Part shown: positions 50,190 to 62,820 of the stretch, piece after piece | Layout of the letters: each line of letters starts with the position of its first letter | Position numbering within the stretch: position 1 is the stretch's first letter | Origin: Lophium mytilinum | Lineage: Eukaryota | DNA length: 64,000 bases | Assembly: GCA_010093605.1 (NCBI GenBank) | Contig: MU004187.1 | Span: 930,001-994,000 of the forward strand | Reading direction: 5' to 3' | The notes under the pieces: generated by a model | The model's database searches: none | Seen by the model: only the letters and a program-made list of their open reading frames with translations | Told to the model about the DNA's origin: nothing | Program-made: the position numbers and the translations under genes

Positions 50190-50743
50190 TAGAGTATTTC
50201 AAGTGTTTGGAATTGGAGAGGTCTCCAGCATTTTGGACAATGACTAAACTCGTGGGGCAACCTCAGACTGTGCTAGTAGGGTGTACGCAGCTTAGAAGTA
50301 TATCCTCTATGCTTGATTCCAATGAGTACGTTAAAGCTCTCAGAGCAGTAACAGGAGACTGTACAGCTACTTCTGTGAAAGGCAACGTAGGTCTTTGTTT
50401 ATTCACCTACGTATTTTACTGCTCAAAGTCTTATATTCCTATTCTAATTCTACTGTCAAGAGGGGCTAGAGTATTTTAAGTGTTTGGAATTGGAGAGGTC
50501 TCCAGCATTTTGGACAATGACTAAACTCGTGGGGCAACCTCAGACTGTGCTAGTAGGGTGTACGCAGCTTGGAAGTATATCCTCTATGCTTAATTCCAAT
50601 GAGTACGTTGAAGCTCTCAGAGTAGTAACAGGAGACTGTACAGCTACTTCTATAAAAGGCAACGTAGGTCTTTGTTTATTTACCTACGTATTTCACTGCT
50701 CAAAGTCTCATATTCCTATTCTAATTCCACTGTCAAGAGGGGC
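50190..50743. repeat. 277-bp tandem duplication with RIP signature
   Basis: Copies 50190-50466 and 50467-50743; 11 differences counted, all CA/TA or TG/TA. Confidence 0.95.
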
Positions 50744-51930
50744 TCAACTAGCAGGCAGCTGTTCGGTCAAAAGGCAGTCTGATCTACGGCTTTGATCGTA
50801 TTCGGAGGCTTAGACATATGTTTGATGGTTTGAAAACCCATGAGTTGGAGATACCGTGCTTGTACTCCATTATTTCCTACCTTATACCGCTGTAAGGAAT
50901 AGCTCACCCAGCTGGCAGCCGTTCAGTCAACGAGGAGTCTGATATCCGAATTCTCGATATTGACATTGAGATCCTGGGCTTTGAAACCTCCTACGTGGAC
51001 ACAACACTGTTTGGGCGCTGCTCTTGCTGGGTACATACCGATGTAAGGGGTGGCGTAGCCGTCAAATCGCCGATCGGCAGATAGGTAGTCTGATATCTCA
51101 TGTATTAACCTTGGCTCTTTATCAATAACTTTCGGACGCGGGTGCATGGATATAACGCTCTTCGAGCTCCGCTCTTGCTCATTTGAAACCACTGTTAGGA
51201 GATTCCAGCTAGTAAGTGACCCGCTAGTCAAGAGGTACACAATCGGTCGGAAAATATGTTGACATTATGTTGGCGTTCTTGCTTACTCGAAGCTACTGTG
51301 AGGAGCACCTCAGCTGATAGGTAGGTGACCCGTCAAATAGTATTTTGATCTCCGGTGTATCAAGCCTAGCATCGTATTCGGAGGATTTGCCGGGCCAATG
51401 ACACTGCATGAGGTAGCCCAGATAACAGGTAACAGGCCCGGCAAGAAGAAGCCTGATATCCGCTCTAGGCACCGTAGCATGGTATTCGTAGCCATTGCTT
51501 GTATCATAGCACTGTCGGGAGTGGCGTGGCTAACAGGGAAGTAGGCCGCCAAAAGGCTTCTTGATATTCGCGGTGTGAGCAATGACATCGGGCTCGGAGT
51601 TCTTTTCTCGCTCTATAGCACTGTCAGGAGATGGCCTAGCTGGTAGATAGCTGACTAGCTAAGAGGCAACTTGATTCCTACTGTGTTGTCATTTACATTG
51701 TAAGTACTGTGCCCTAAATGCAGGAGCATGCAAGCCCTACAGCTCAGGCTTTACTTTTGTTTCCTTGATAACACTGTTGGGAGTAGCCTAGAGGACAAGT
51801 TACCAGGCGGTCAAAAGCTAGTCTGGCTTGCTGTGCGTGAATATGTGTATCAGTAGCCGGGATATTCAATACTTAGAGAAGTGTCTTGTTCGTTCAATAG
51901 CACTGTAAGGAGTGGCTCAGCTGTCAGATA
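50720..51930 (-). pseudogene. Remnant of a tandem-repeat protein gene
   Basis: Motif resembling CACTGTNRGGAG recurs every ~100-160 bp and translates on the minus strand as xLLTV(L/A/V). Frames are broken. Confidence 0.45.
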
Positions 51931-52179
51931 GCTGGTCAGTGAAAAAGAAGCCTGGTTCTCACTGGCATAGAAAAGAAGGAATCATCGGCGGGATCAAGGA
52001 GAATAATGAACGGAAGGTGCAGGAGCGAGTGGCGCTCTGGACATTCAATGGAACACAGTTCCAAGGCAAACCACAGATCTGGAAGTCACTTAGAGGCAAG
52101 GAAAGAGCATATTTAGAGGAGTAGAAAGGATTAAAGAGCCGCCAGAGGGCTAGCAACATCGTGCTTTTCCATGGCTTAC

Positions 52180-53001
52180 CTAAATACAAGAAGCACTCAG
52201 GTCCTCGATAGTGTACGAGCTAGAATTTTGAGTGTTCACCAAATGCTCCAAGACCCAGTCCCATTCATCGTCGTATTGCTCCAGGAAATCCTCCCCTTCA
52301 ACATTGTCAAGCAATCCTCGCCAGTAGTTATGGGTGTCGAGGTAGATCTGCCACTCCACGCGCGGTATCTCGCCATTTGGTAGTCGGCACTCGCAGATCC
52401 GCCCCACCTTACTGTGGTAATACAACATCGCGTCGTCTTGAGGGTCTATCCTAGCCATGGTGTCGTGCTCCTCCCAGTTCTCCATGGCCTTTGTGTACTC
52501 GTAGATGAGCTCGAGATAGTCGCCGCAGCACGTACACATGGAGCTCTTGCCGCCGTGTCCAACATTGCAGCCGCAGAGGTTATGATCATCCAAAAGCTCT
52601 CCAAGGGTGTAGCTGTTGACCTTGTGAGCGCGGTCGGCTTTTCTCCCATCTTCGTCCTCGGACTCAGAGTCACTTTTCATCTCTTCGTCAGACTCGCTGT
52701 CTTCTCCCTCTTCGTCACCGCTCGATCCACCACCGTTTTCTTCTTCTGATCCTGAGTCGGCGTCCTGATCTTGTCTGACGACTGCTTCTGTCTCTTGTTG
52801 GATGATGGCTTCTGGTGTATCGTCCGCCACATTGGCGTTCTCAATATTATCCACAACTTCTCTGCCGGCGCGATGTGAGTTACCCACAAGGTGAACCCGG
52901 GCACCGCTGGGAGTGCAGAGAGACGTAGGCGAAGCTAGTGTATGAGTGAGTGGTCGTAGAGTCAGGTCGATCATCGTGTGATGTTGCTGGACGGCGTTCA
53001 T
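52180..53001 (-). CDS. Hypothetical acidic protein with Cys cluster
   Basis: Open frame of >270 codons with a D/E/S tract followed by HNLCGC...MCTCC...ICEC. Confidence 0.55.
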   Translation of the reverse strand: MNAVQQHHTMIDLTLRPLTHTLASPTSLCTPSGARVHLVGNSHRAGREVVDNIENANVADDTPEAIIQQETEAVVRQDQDADSGSEEENGGGSSGDEEGEDSESDEEMKSDSESEDEDGRKADRAHKVNSYTLGELLDDHNLCGCNVGHGGKSSMCTCCGDYLELIYEYTKAMENWEEHDTMARIDPQDDAMLYYHSKVGRICECRLPNGEIPRVEWQIYLDTHNYWRGLLDNVEGEDFLEQYDDEWDWVLEHLVNTQNSSSYTIEDLSASCI

Positions 53002-56000
53002 GTTCGCTGATGTCGAGGCCCGAGTTCGAAGGCGGATCACGCCGGATGATGTCGGAAAGGATTGGAGGTCGAGAGGGTGCCGTCGGGATAGGTTTAGCAG
53101 TCTCCGAGACACGGGTTGCTGCCTCTGGATGGGGAGCAATGATACGATCTCGTAAGTTCCGTAATCGGCGAGTGTAGAAGCGCCAGCAGAAGCTGGTTTG
53201 ATGGGTGTGGGTGTTAAAAAGGACAGAGTTGGCGGGGACGGCGTTCTTTTGTGGGTTTCCGGTTGCGAGGTCTGGTAGCTGTTGAGTGAATGGATTAGGT
53301 CGACTCGGGATTTGGAACACGCGCCATTTTGTCGCGTTTAGACATGGAAATCAACAATTCGGGAATAGGTTCGGTCCCACCTAGCCACAGCGCTTGCGGC
53401 CTCTTCCTACTTCTTTTTCCAGCAAATCTTTGGACGCCTGGAGAATTTCTAGCCCGCTAGTCTTTAACAAGGGCTCATACTCGCACGAAGTGTATTGCTG
53501 TGTTTTTATAAGGGTCTCAAGACTACGGTTGGTTATGAAGGTCTCTACATTTGGGATAATTCTTACTCAATTTTTGGTCTAGACGCGCAGGGTCCGCATG
53601 GCTCTTCGGAAGTCATTGCAGTTGAGAAGAAAAGCACCAAAACTGCTCTCGCAAAAGCCTAGCGGCTACATTCAACCAGAAGAATGCATACGGTAACCCC
53701 TCATGATATGGAGGTTCCAAGATTGTTGGCAATCCTGATGTCCAGCCATGACTAGTTGTTGCGCGAGTCTAACTGTGTACTCCGCAACACCTCAGCGACT
53801 TTCCAGGTTGGCAGTAGGCTCTCCAACGACTTTCGGCATTACTACAAACTAGTTTACGTTAGAAATCAGGCTTTCCCTTGCTGCATCAGCATCTTAAACG
53901 CAACTGTGCCTTGGCACGTAGGCCAATATCTGTCTCCGTCAGTGTGCGAAAAGTCTCGAACATCTCCAACATGAGGCTTGCAGGTTCTGAACCCGTTATT
54001 CTAATGCATAATAAGAAGTTCGGGCTTGTGCGCTGTAGGAAGGTGGGTGCTGGGCTGGTTCAGCATCGCCGTCCAGCGGACGGCTGCGGAAAAAGGCAAA
54101 AAGATTTGCCCTTTTAGACAATTAAAGACCTCCAAATGGCAACATCACCACCAACAATAAAGGCGAAGGGTGGTATCAAGTAGCCTAATGATGATTAAAA
54201 AAGAAAAGACAAAAGTTCGCCCCCAGAGAGACTATAAGGAAGTCAATCTGGGGGGTAATCTTGTCGCCATACTCGATTGCGAGTTTGCCGCGCCTGCGGT
54301 TCGAACTTGAGACTTAATGAAATAGGACGTACCTGTTAAGTAGTTCGTGCCAATGTCGCATTGCGCCACTGACACGAACTACGGATACTGGCCAAAAATC
54401 TTCGATATATAACACCCCTAAGAATGTGTCAATAGGCACACAGGCTCGCTCTCTGGTCCGGGCACGAGCGCATAACCCGCCTTCGAGACAGGCTGTAGAC
54501 AAGTCGCCTCGCTCCATTTCGCGGCCGCCTTCATTCCACTCTATTCTATGCTTTACGAGCTTTTGAAGCCGCCCAACGTCTCCAGCTGCGGATGTCACGT
54601 GGCTTCACTTCCTTCAAGCTCTTCAACCTGCCGAGCGAATGTTAGCTGCTGCACAACAATCCAAAATCTCCCATCAGCATCCACGATCGGTCTGCGAAGA
54701 GCCACGCCACCATCCCTTGTTCCGTCAGCCAGCGAGCCGGACTGTGAACATGCTCTCCCCATCTTTCAGTCACAGGCCATTGACGACACCGCGACTCCGC
54801 TTTCAATTGCACCTTTCCTCGCCAGCTCCCATCCACGCGAACTTGTACCTTGTTTAACCCACGTTTTCGAAAATCGCAACCCCGTCATCACAACCTCCAA
54901 ACGCGGATCGACGCGTTGCCATCTATGTCGCTACGACGTGACGAACACAGCGTATACCTTACAAAGACCCCGGCCAAGGTCATTGAACTCGGATGGATAC
55001 TGCTCGACGCAAAGGGCCATGGGTAGATGGAATTATGACATGCCGATGTCAAGGCTTCTACTCCCTGCTCCGTCACCAAACTCCAAACTCGCTCGACTTT
55101 GACCAGGATGCACAACCCCCGGACTACCTCTCGAGGCATCACCAGAGCCGCAAGAAGGCAGACCTCGTGTTGCTTCCTCGTGAGCACATACCCAAGATCC
55201 AGAATGACTGCGAAGCTCTTCTAGCCCAATGGCCAGCGCAAGGGGTTTCAAGCGGACCCGATTGTGAATGAGAATTTCGAATAGCTCACGTTGGTATGCA
55301 TGCGGATTGGGTCTCGCTGCTTATCAGCTTCTTTGGGATATGCCTTGTTCCAACGTCGAAAGAAGCTTTGTGCTAACCATGGTACAGGGGCATCATGCGT
55401 CCAAGTGCAGCTGAATACGGCCTTCCCCGTATAACAGCCATCGTCCTCCGCTACAATTCTTGCTCCCAACCCCACCACGACAGCAGTCCGCGCAGACATC
55501 GAGCTAGTTCACCACTGCCACAGTATCGCCTGCGAAATCGGGGTCAACAATATGCGTGCCGGCAAGGAGGTAGGCAACAAGACCGTCGGCGTGCTGGACT
55601 CGGAGGCCCCGACGAATACGATGGAATTAAAGAGCTTCTGCATTCCGCTCGTGCAGCCAGAAGGTATTGTGGAGAGAGTCTAAGTGTGTGAAGAAGTATC
55701 TTGCGGTTCTGGATACTCTAGAGTCTAGGTGGACCCTGTCACGACAGCACGCACTGAACTCCCCGCAGCACAGCAGCGACCCCTCGCCGGCGTCGAGACC
55801 TCACATTCACTGCACCGTGTCAATGTGACTAGCGAATGGGTCACGCTATGCCTAGTTGGAAGAAAAGACGTCAAGACGGGGCGGCGAATGGCGCTGTGCA
55901 AGACAGGCCTGAGGACCTCCTCGATCTACATCCCTTTGCTAGATGCAAGCCTTAGCGACAATCGGCGAAAGGTAACCCGAGGACTCGAACGCCCGGAGAA

Positions 56001-57099
56001 TTAGCATGAGCAACAATCTAGAGCTAACGCATGCAGTGACTGACGGAACTACTTGGCGAGCGAAAGAAGGGAAAGCTCTTACTATACTTGGAGTGCAATC
56101 GATCGGACCAAAATTTGGAGCCCGAGGAGAACATACTCACTGTTGGTCAAACTCACGGTATTCTCATGCTTTGGTCGGAAAAAATGGGCAAGCTGCTGAA
56201 CAGCACGCTCTCGTACACCGCCGCGCCTCGGTTACAAGCTCTTCGCGTCCGTACAACCGTCGCAAGACCGCAGGTCCTACTCGAATATATTCTTTCACAG
56301 ACTTCGTCTCCGCGATTGAGGGAATGGAGGATTAGATGGAAGAAATGTTGGCCCACAATCAACGTTCCAGCGAGCATATGGTTGGTTTCTTAGTACCGGC
56401 TTTGACCACATCTCTCTAGAGACAGAACAATGGGCAGCGCTAGGAAACCACACCTATCTGCCGAGGCACTCTCGAACGCGCTTCTTGCGTCAAGCTGGAG
56501 AACAAAAGTCTTATGCTCGACACGGCGCTCGAATCGCGGTCTTGCCGTCCGTCTACAGTCTTCGTAGGACTATGTTTCCCCTGTCCCCTTGACAGAACTC
56601 GACGTCACGATGGAGAGAATGATTGATATTTACTCAAAAATCTGGAGAGAATGATTGATATTTACTCCTAAATCTCAATCCAATCTACTCGCCCTACCGG
56701 CCCACCTCGTTCAGCCTCGGAGATGCCTTCGACACAGATTCCTAGCCCCACTCTTTCACTGATAAAGCCACCACTGCTCAAGACTGTCAACAAGCTTGAA
56801 AAGACCAACCAGGAAGAGGGCAACCCCCTGTCTCTTGCTTGCCGCTTCAGACATCAGAGTGAATTGAAGATATTCAATTACGTCTGATGCCGTCCACAGA
56901 ACCGCGCAACAGTGCAAAGTCGTGGCGGAGTAGTCTTCAAACGTCCACATATTACTCTCTTTGCGTTATCAATGGCTAAACTTGCAGATTCTTCGCACCT
57001 TGCATTTGACTATTACCGCGGAGGCGGAATGCGAACATAAGTCTTCTTGATTCTCCTCTTTTTTCAAAGTACATCTTTTTTCCGTGGTCGAACACTTAA

Positions 57100-57620
57100 A
57101 TTTGGGCACCGACTCGTCTTCCCGAGCCGACTTCCTCATAGTCGAGTTCTCATGAGCGGTGCCAAAACCGAAACACCGTCCTGTGTTTGTGGTGGAAGTT
57201 CGCCGCCTTGAGCGTGCAGCAACTCTCCTTACCCGCACAGTGTACGCGACGCCTGGGCAAGAACCCCGACTCCTGGTAGCATCCGTGGAGATCTGGGACA
57301 GAACTCTTTAGGTAGCAGTGGACGCCCAGGCTCATACATGTTTTCGCCATGGCCAAATACCTAGTTTTGGGCACCGACTGGTCTTCCAGAGTCGACTTCC
57401 TCATAGTCGAGTTCACAAGAGCGGTGCCGAGATCGAAACACCGTCCTGTGTTGTGGTGGACGTTCGCGGCTTTGAGCTTCGGCCTTGAGCTTGCAGAAAC
57501 GTCTTAACCCACACAGTGTACGGGACGCCTGGGCAAGAACCTCGACTCCTGGTAGCAGCCGTGGAGGACTGAGAAATTGCGGCATTTGACTCACTGGACG
57601 CCCAGGCTCACACAAGTTTT
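57100..57620. repeat. Diverged ~267-bp tandem duplication
   Basis: TTTGGGCACCGACT...GGACGCCCAGGCTCA occurs from 57101 and again from ~57367, with transversions and indels. Confidence 0.88.
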
Positions 57621-59220
57621 GCTAGCTACACTTCCGATTTTCTGGAGCTTCCTAACCCCGCAAATTGCTAATGAAGATAGGATTTTGCAAATAGCACTTG
57701 GATCGTGTCTCTTATCTTTCCGACGCGTTACTCCAGGGCCCTAAGACTTGGGCGAGACATTATGGAGTGAGGCTGGGGTTTTGTATAGAGACGGCACCGG
57801 TTCGCGACCTGGATTCTATTAACGAGCGAGATCAAGCAGAATTATAGCAGCACTCTTTTATGGCGCCTTTCCGATAACGACCCTCCAATTCGATATGTCC
57901 GGCCTATCAAATTAAATGACCAGTCCGTAAGGTATCTCTGGGGCCATCGACCGACGTACGTACTGCTCTTAGATGATCGCATTCAATCGCTCGCGATTGG
58001 ATGTCTTTTTACCCTTGAAAACACCTCTTACAAATTCTTACGATGCTTGCTGGCAGCTAACATTTCTCACGAACCATGAAGACTGGGTTGGACACGGTGG
58101 ACTCGATATTCCAGTATTGACGAGCCGCCTGCTTTATAACAGCAGAACACCCACTTTCGAGACCTCGCTAGTCCCACCGTCATAGCTGTGTTCCCTTTAG
58201 CCTCGCTCCGCTCGGGTCATGAGTCTTGGCCTATCGTGGGCTAAGGCCTGAGGGCTTGCTCCTTCATAACCGATTTTCTCCAACTACTTCAAGCCTCCTA
58301 TCTGACCCGCAGATTTGCGTTTTCATGGTTGGATTGCCCGCGAGAGGAAAGAGTGGGCGTGATTTCAAAAGGTAAACAATTATCTAGCGATAAAATGCAG
58401 GCGGGGGATACGCGGATATGCGGCGTGACAGTCGAGCTTCTCGGGAGGAAGAAAGCGAGGCGGAGAAAGATTTGTAGTTTACTGTGGTGTCTACCCAGGA
58501 TCTGGTGATTTCCCAGCAAGGAAAAGAATAATTAGGTGATTCATGTTCAGTCGCATTCTCAAAAACAACTACTTGAATGCTGTTTCCTTTCCATATCCCC
58601 CGCGAACTGCCGCCCAGAGAACTAGATATCCTCGGGCTGGGCAAACAATCGTTTTCAATCGCACGACACCAAAAAATCCGAGGTGAATGGTGTCATAGAA
58701 TTTGGAAAGCAGACTTAACGGGGTGACTGCAAGGCTGCACTGTGAAGGTGTGGACTATCATCATAGGCCGCATGCTCCGGTTTTACTGGTAAATATATGG
58801 TGTCGCAGGTGGTCTCCAATTCTGGGGCCGAAGATGCCAGAGACTACACAGAGCATGTTCAATAGGGTAAAAGCTCTCCGAATGCCACGTTGACGCACTC
58901 TGTCAAACTGGCTGATACAAAGACTCCAAGCTGCCGCGGACTCCATGACGGTAAAGACCATGTCCGTTGGCGCAGAGAGCCCATGGTAGCCTGGCAGAGG
59001 ATGCTAAACGCCATGCAATGCATACTTGAATGATTGAGTGCACCTTAGGCGCACCTGGAAGGTAGAATCTTGAACTGGCAGATCGAGCCCGCCCCACCCA
59101 AACGCATCTCACCGCCAGCTACGCGTCTCCGCTGCTCAAAAAGCACCAGCAGCGAGCAGCACAACCTTCCCATGTGCAAGCACCCTTCCACTACTTTCCA
59201 CCACATTCCACGCCGTCCTT

Positions 59221-59745
59221 TCACCACCCACCCAACCTATCAGAACCCCCAGCCCGCTTAGTCATCCCTAGCGCCTTGGCGCCCCAAATCCATCCTCCGC
59301 CCTTTAAAAAGCCAGCCAGCCCCGGTCCCTCTGCTTCCTGCATGCACCTGCGTGAGTGACTTCGCGTGACATCGTCCGGATCGATCTCGACAACGGTGGC
59401 CCTGGCTCCGGCTGTGGCAATAATACTCGGGGTCTGGGAGCTCATGAATTCCTTCGACCTGCCCATTTCGGAGGGTACTGGTGGCCGGTCCACCGCCGGG
59501 GTAATCTTTGGATCTTACAAACACAAACACTTGGTGTGGACTCGGATGGGGCTTTTCTTCTTCGGGAGGGAGCGGGATCTGGGACGCGCTGGCTTTTTCA
59601 TTGATGGGCTCGCCTGGTTGCGGGACTTCGAAGAAGAAGGGGGAATGGGTTTTGGTGCGGCTGGGATGTATCTTGGTTCCTCATCTTCTTTTCTACTCCA
59701 ATGACTATCGGTGGTGTATCGCACAGTGGGAGGAGTAGCCGGCAT
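59221..59745 (-). pseudogene. ORF split by one in-frame TAA
   Basis: ORFs 59515-59745 and 59221-59493 share a frame and are separated by a single TAA at 59515-59517. Confidence 0.35.
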
Positions 59746-60045
59746 ATTTCTTATTGGCTACCATACCTTTACGGTACACAATCATTGTTCATTGCTGCTC
59801 CTGCCTTGCGTAGGACCGTGAAGAAGAAAGCGAGTGTCTTGGCGGATATGTCGAGTCGGCTTTCGGGTGTGGGTCTGGACCTGTTGTGGTGCTGTTGCGG
59901 TTGTTGCTGGGAGTTTTCGCATGCAAACGCGTGAGCAGCCAACAACGACAACACCTACGATCTTTGTGTCACCACACCAACAACCTTCATAGCACGCGTT
60001 TTCTGGTACCGTACGCACACAATCAACGATTTACCAACCCCGACG

Positions 60046-60249
60046 ATGAGCACTGCGCGCGCAGACCAGCCTTCGAGCGCCCCCACGCCGAACCCTCCGC
60101 AGCCCGCAAAGAAAGGATTTTGGAAGCGGATTTGGAGCGTAGAATTTTTGCAAGACGAAGAGCGAGCGGAGAATACGAGCGGGAGAGCAAGTAAAGATCT
60201 CCGTAAGCCAGTTGAGAGCGAGATACTAGAGCGTCTAACAGAACAGTAA
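60046..60249 (+). CDS. Small hypothetical protein, 67 aa
   Basis: ACGATG start after a CA-rich leader; protein-like composition (PAKKGFWKRIWSVEFL). Confidence 0.4.
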   Translation: MSTARADQPSSAPTPNPPQPAKKGFWKRIWSVEFLQDEERAENTSGRASKDLRKPVESEILERLTEQ

Positions 60250-61352
60250 GAGAATCGCCATACTCCCGGCAACGTCACGCTAGTGCACGGCAGGCGCCTT
60301 TGGAGGGCTGAATCAGGCTCTACCTACATCAATGATCCTTGCTAACTTTCATATCTTATCTAGTATAGAAGAGATGGAGCGAATGTACAGGTGCGGCTGG
60401 AACGCCGGAACGGCTGCAGGCCTGGTAAGAGCATGACGGTACCCGGGCGACATTGTCATTTTCATCAACCAGAAGCGCTCTGGCAGGTTGGTATCACGGC
60501 CTGTGTCTATTCAGAAATCCTGCTGACGCTGAAGTCTAATCCAGGACAGAAGAAATCGAGCGAATGTACAAGGGCGGCTAGAGGCAATCGTGGCTCGAAC
60601 GGATGCTGAGACGCATGTGGGGCCCTTGACCGTTTGAACGCACACGTTACGAAGCAATCGCAGCTTCGTGGAATGGTATACAACTATGGTGCGTCCTCTG
60701 TCCTTTCGTCCGTTGCAAGTGGAGGAAGAAGTCCATGACGAAGGGCAAGGAATGGGTTAAGTATATGCAAAAAGGGCCGTTAAAACCACAAAACGGGGCG
60801 ACAAAATCTTCAGCTGCCTTCTGGACTCCTTCGAGACCGATTTCGGCGACTCCAGAGGCACAAGAGGAGGTAGACGTTGCTAATGTTGTTTTTTTCAGCA
60901 CATAGCGTAGACAGGTCGTTGGGTCCAGCCAAGCACTAAATGCAGCAAACGCCATCCGCGGAACGCCAGCGAGTTCCCCACCCCGAGGGTAGCCGTCCTC
61001 TATTACTGCCGGAAATGCACTCCACAAAGCACAGCGAACAAGCTGCACCACTTGATTCGCCAATGCAAGCACCCATCGCCTTCGCTATCGTATGCCCCGA
61101 GATAAGCATGACGACCTGGTTTGCCGCATGTGGCCGTGCTCCCTCAGCAGACCACGAGGGCAGCACCAGCGACCATCGGAACCGTGGTTGACGCGAGGGC
61201 TGTTATAAGGCCACCACTGGTCCTGCTCTGCTGCCAGTCACTGTCAAACTTCTAGCTTTCACTGCTTCTTGTGCTATAAAACTGCACGCAGCATCCTGCC
61301 CTCCGCATTCAGCACCCCGCATCACCACCACCACGACAGCGTTCATATTACA

Positions 61353-62820
61353 ATGCCACCACGGCTGCAGCAGCTACGGCAGCTTGAACGCCTTGCAGGG
61401 CGTCCAGGGGCATTCCAGTTCGCACGCCATGTGCAGCAGAGCACCAAAAAGCATGCCTCTGTGGCCCCTCATGCTTCATTCCCAGGAGCACCAGCAGCCT
61501 CCAAGAAGTCCGGGCTGGCCCGCATGCCGACTTCCAGTGTCCTCAGGTCCTATCTCATCACATCCATGTCCTCTTCGCCGCCCCTATTAGCAGCATGTTT
61601 CGCAGTCCTACGGCGCATGCTGGACTCCAGGTCTGCGCTGATGAACGTGGAGCGGAACCCAGTACTGAACTGGCTGTTGAAGACCACTTTCTACGCCCAA
61701 TTTTGCGCTGGTTCGACAAGGAAAGAGGTGCAGACAAGCACTTCAGCTGCGAAGACAGATATGGGATATGATGGTATAATACTAGAATTTGCGTTGGAGG
61801 TTCTGGATGGCGAAGGAGGGCCCGAGACCGCAGACAGCGCGACGACTGCGGCAGAGATCGAGACATGGCGGACGGGGATGCTGGAGTCGGTGTGGATGGC
61901 GGCTCCAGGGGACTTTATCGGTCTAAAGTAAGGACTTCTCCCATGACGCGTTCTTTGCAGCTGCTAATGCCTCCTTCAGGTGGTCAGGCCTCGGAAAGTA
62001 CGCCCTCCAACTCCTCAAGGAAAAACGCGACCCCACTCCCCTGATGGAACGCGCCATAACCGAAGCCTGCGAAGCTGCAGCTGCAAAGAAAGTCCTACTG
62101 CTTCCAGGGGCTGAGGAGGAGGTATCTAACGCTGGGATCGAGAAATGGACACGAAGCATGCAAGAGCGCTACAACCGTAACGGCCCCGGCAACGCCATCA
62201 TGTACACCACATACCAGTGCTACCTTAAGTCCGCCCACGCCAAGCTCGCCAAAGACCTCGCGGCCGCCCAAGAGGGAGGGTATACCCTCGGCGTGAAGCT
62301 TGTCCGCGGCGCGTATCTCAACTCCGAGCCCCGCCACCTCATCTGGGACACAGTAGAGGAGACACACAAGAACTACGACGCTCTCGCCGCGTGTCTGCTC
62401 AAGCGCCAGTATGGTCCCGGACTGCAGCCCCTCGAGGGCGCCAGCAGCGACAAATTCCCCCAAATCGACCTCGTCCTCGCGACCCACAACCACGACTCGG
62501 TCCGCAAGGCACAAGCAATCCGCAACGAGCAGGCTGCTCGAGGCGAGGAGCGCGTGAAGCTGGCTTACGCGCAGTTGCAGGGCATGGCGGACGAGATCAG
62601 CTGCGAGCTGGTGCAGGTGGCCGAGCAGGCGGCGGACAAGGCCCTCGACGCGCCACGGGTGTTCAAATGTATGACATGGGGTACGACGGCTGAGTGTCTG
62701 AACTTCTTGCTCCGGCGGGCGGCGGAGAACAAGGACGCTGCGGCGCGGACGGTGGATACGCGGAAGGCTATGGCGAAGGAGCTGTGGAGGAGGACGAGGG
62801 GGTTGGTGGGGCTGGCTTAG
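61353..62820 (+). CDS. PUT1: Mitochondrial proline dehydrogenase
   Basis: Arg-rich presequence, TFYAQFCAG, TYQCYLK, LGVKLVRGAY, LATHN, AQLQGMAD, FLLRRAAEN. One intron ~61929-61979. Confidence 0.94.

Noticed and set aside
50720..51930. CRISPR-like repeat-spacer array
   Set aside because: Eukaryotic context, short degenerate repeats, ~100-160-bp spacing and no cas genes. A decayed protein repeat fits better.
54280..54315. B-box-like GGTTCGAAC suggesting a tRNA
   Set aside because: No cloverleaf or A-box could be found around it.
12116..62693. Long antisense or alternate-frame ORFs (e.g. 12116-12871, 13424-14221, 28286-29065, 43342-44424, 47197-47976)
   Set aside because: They shadow real or decayed genes and arise from codon bias and skew; no independent protein features.
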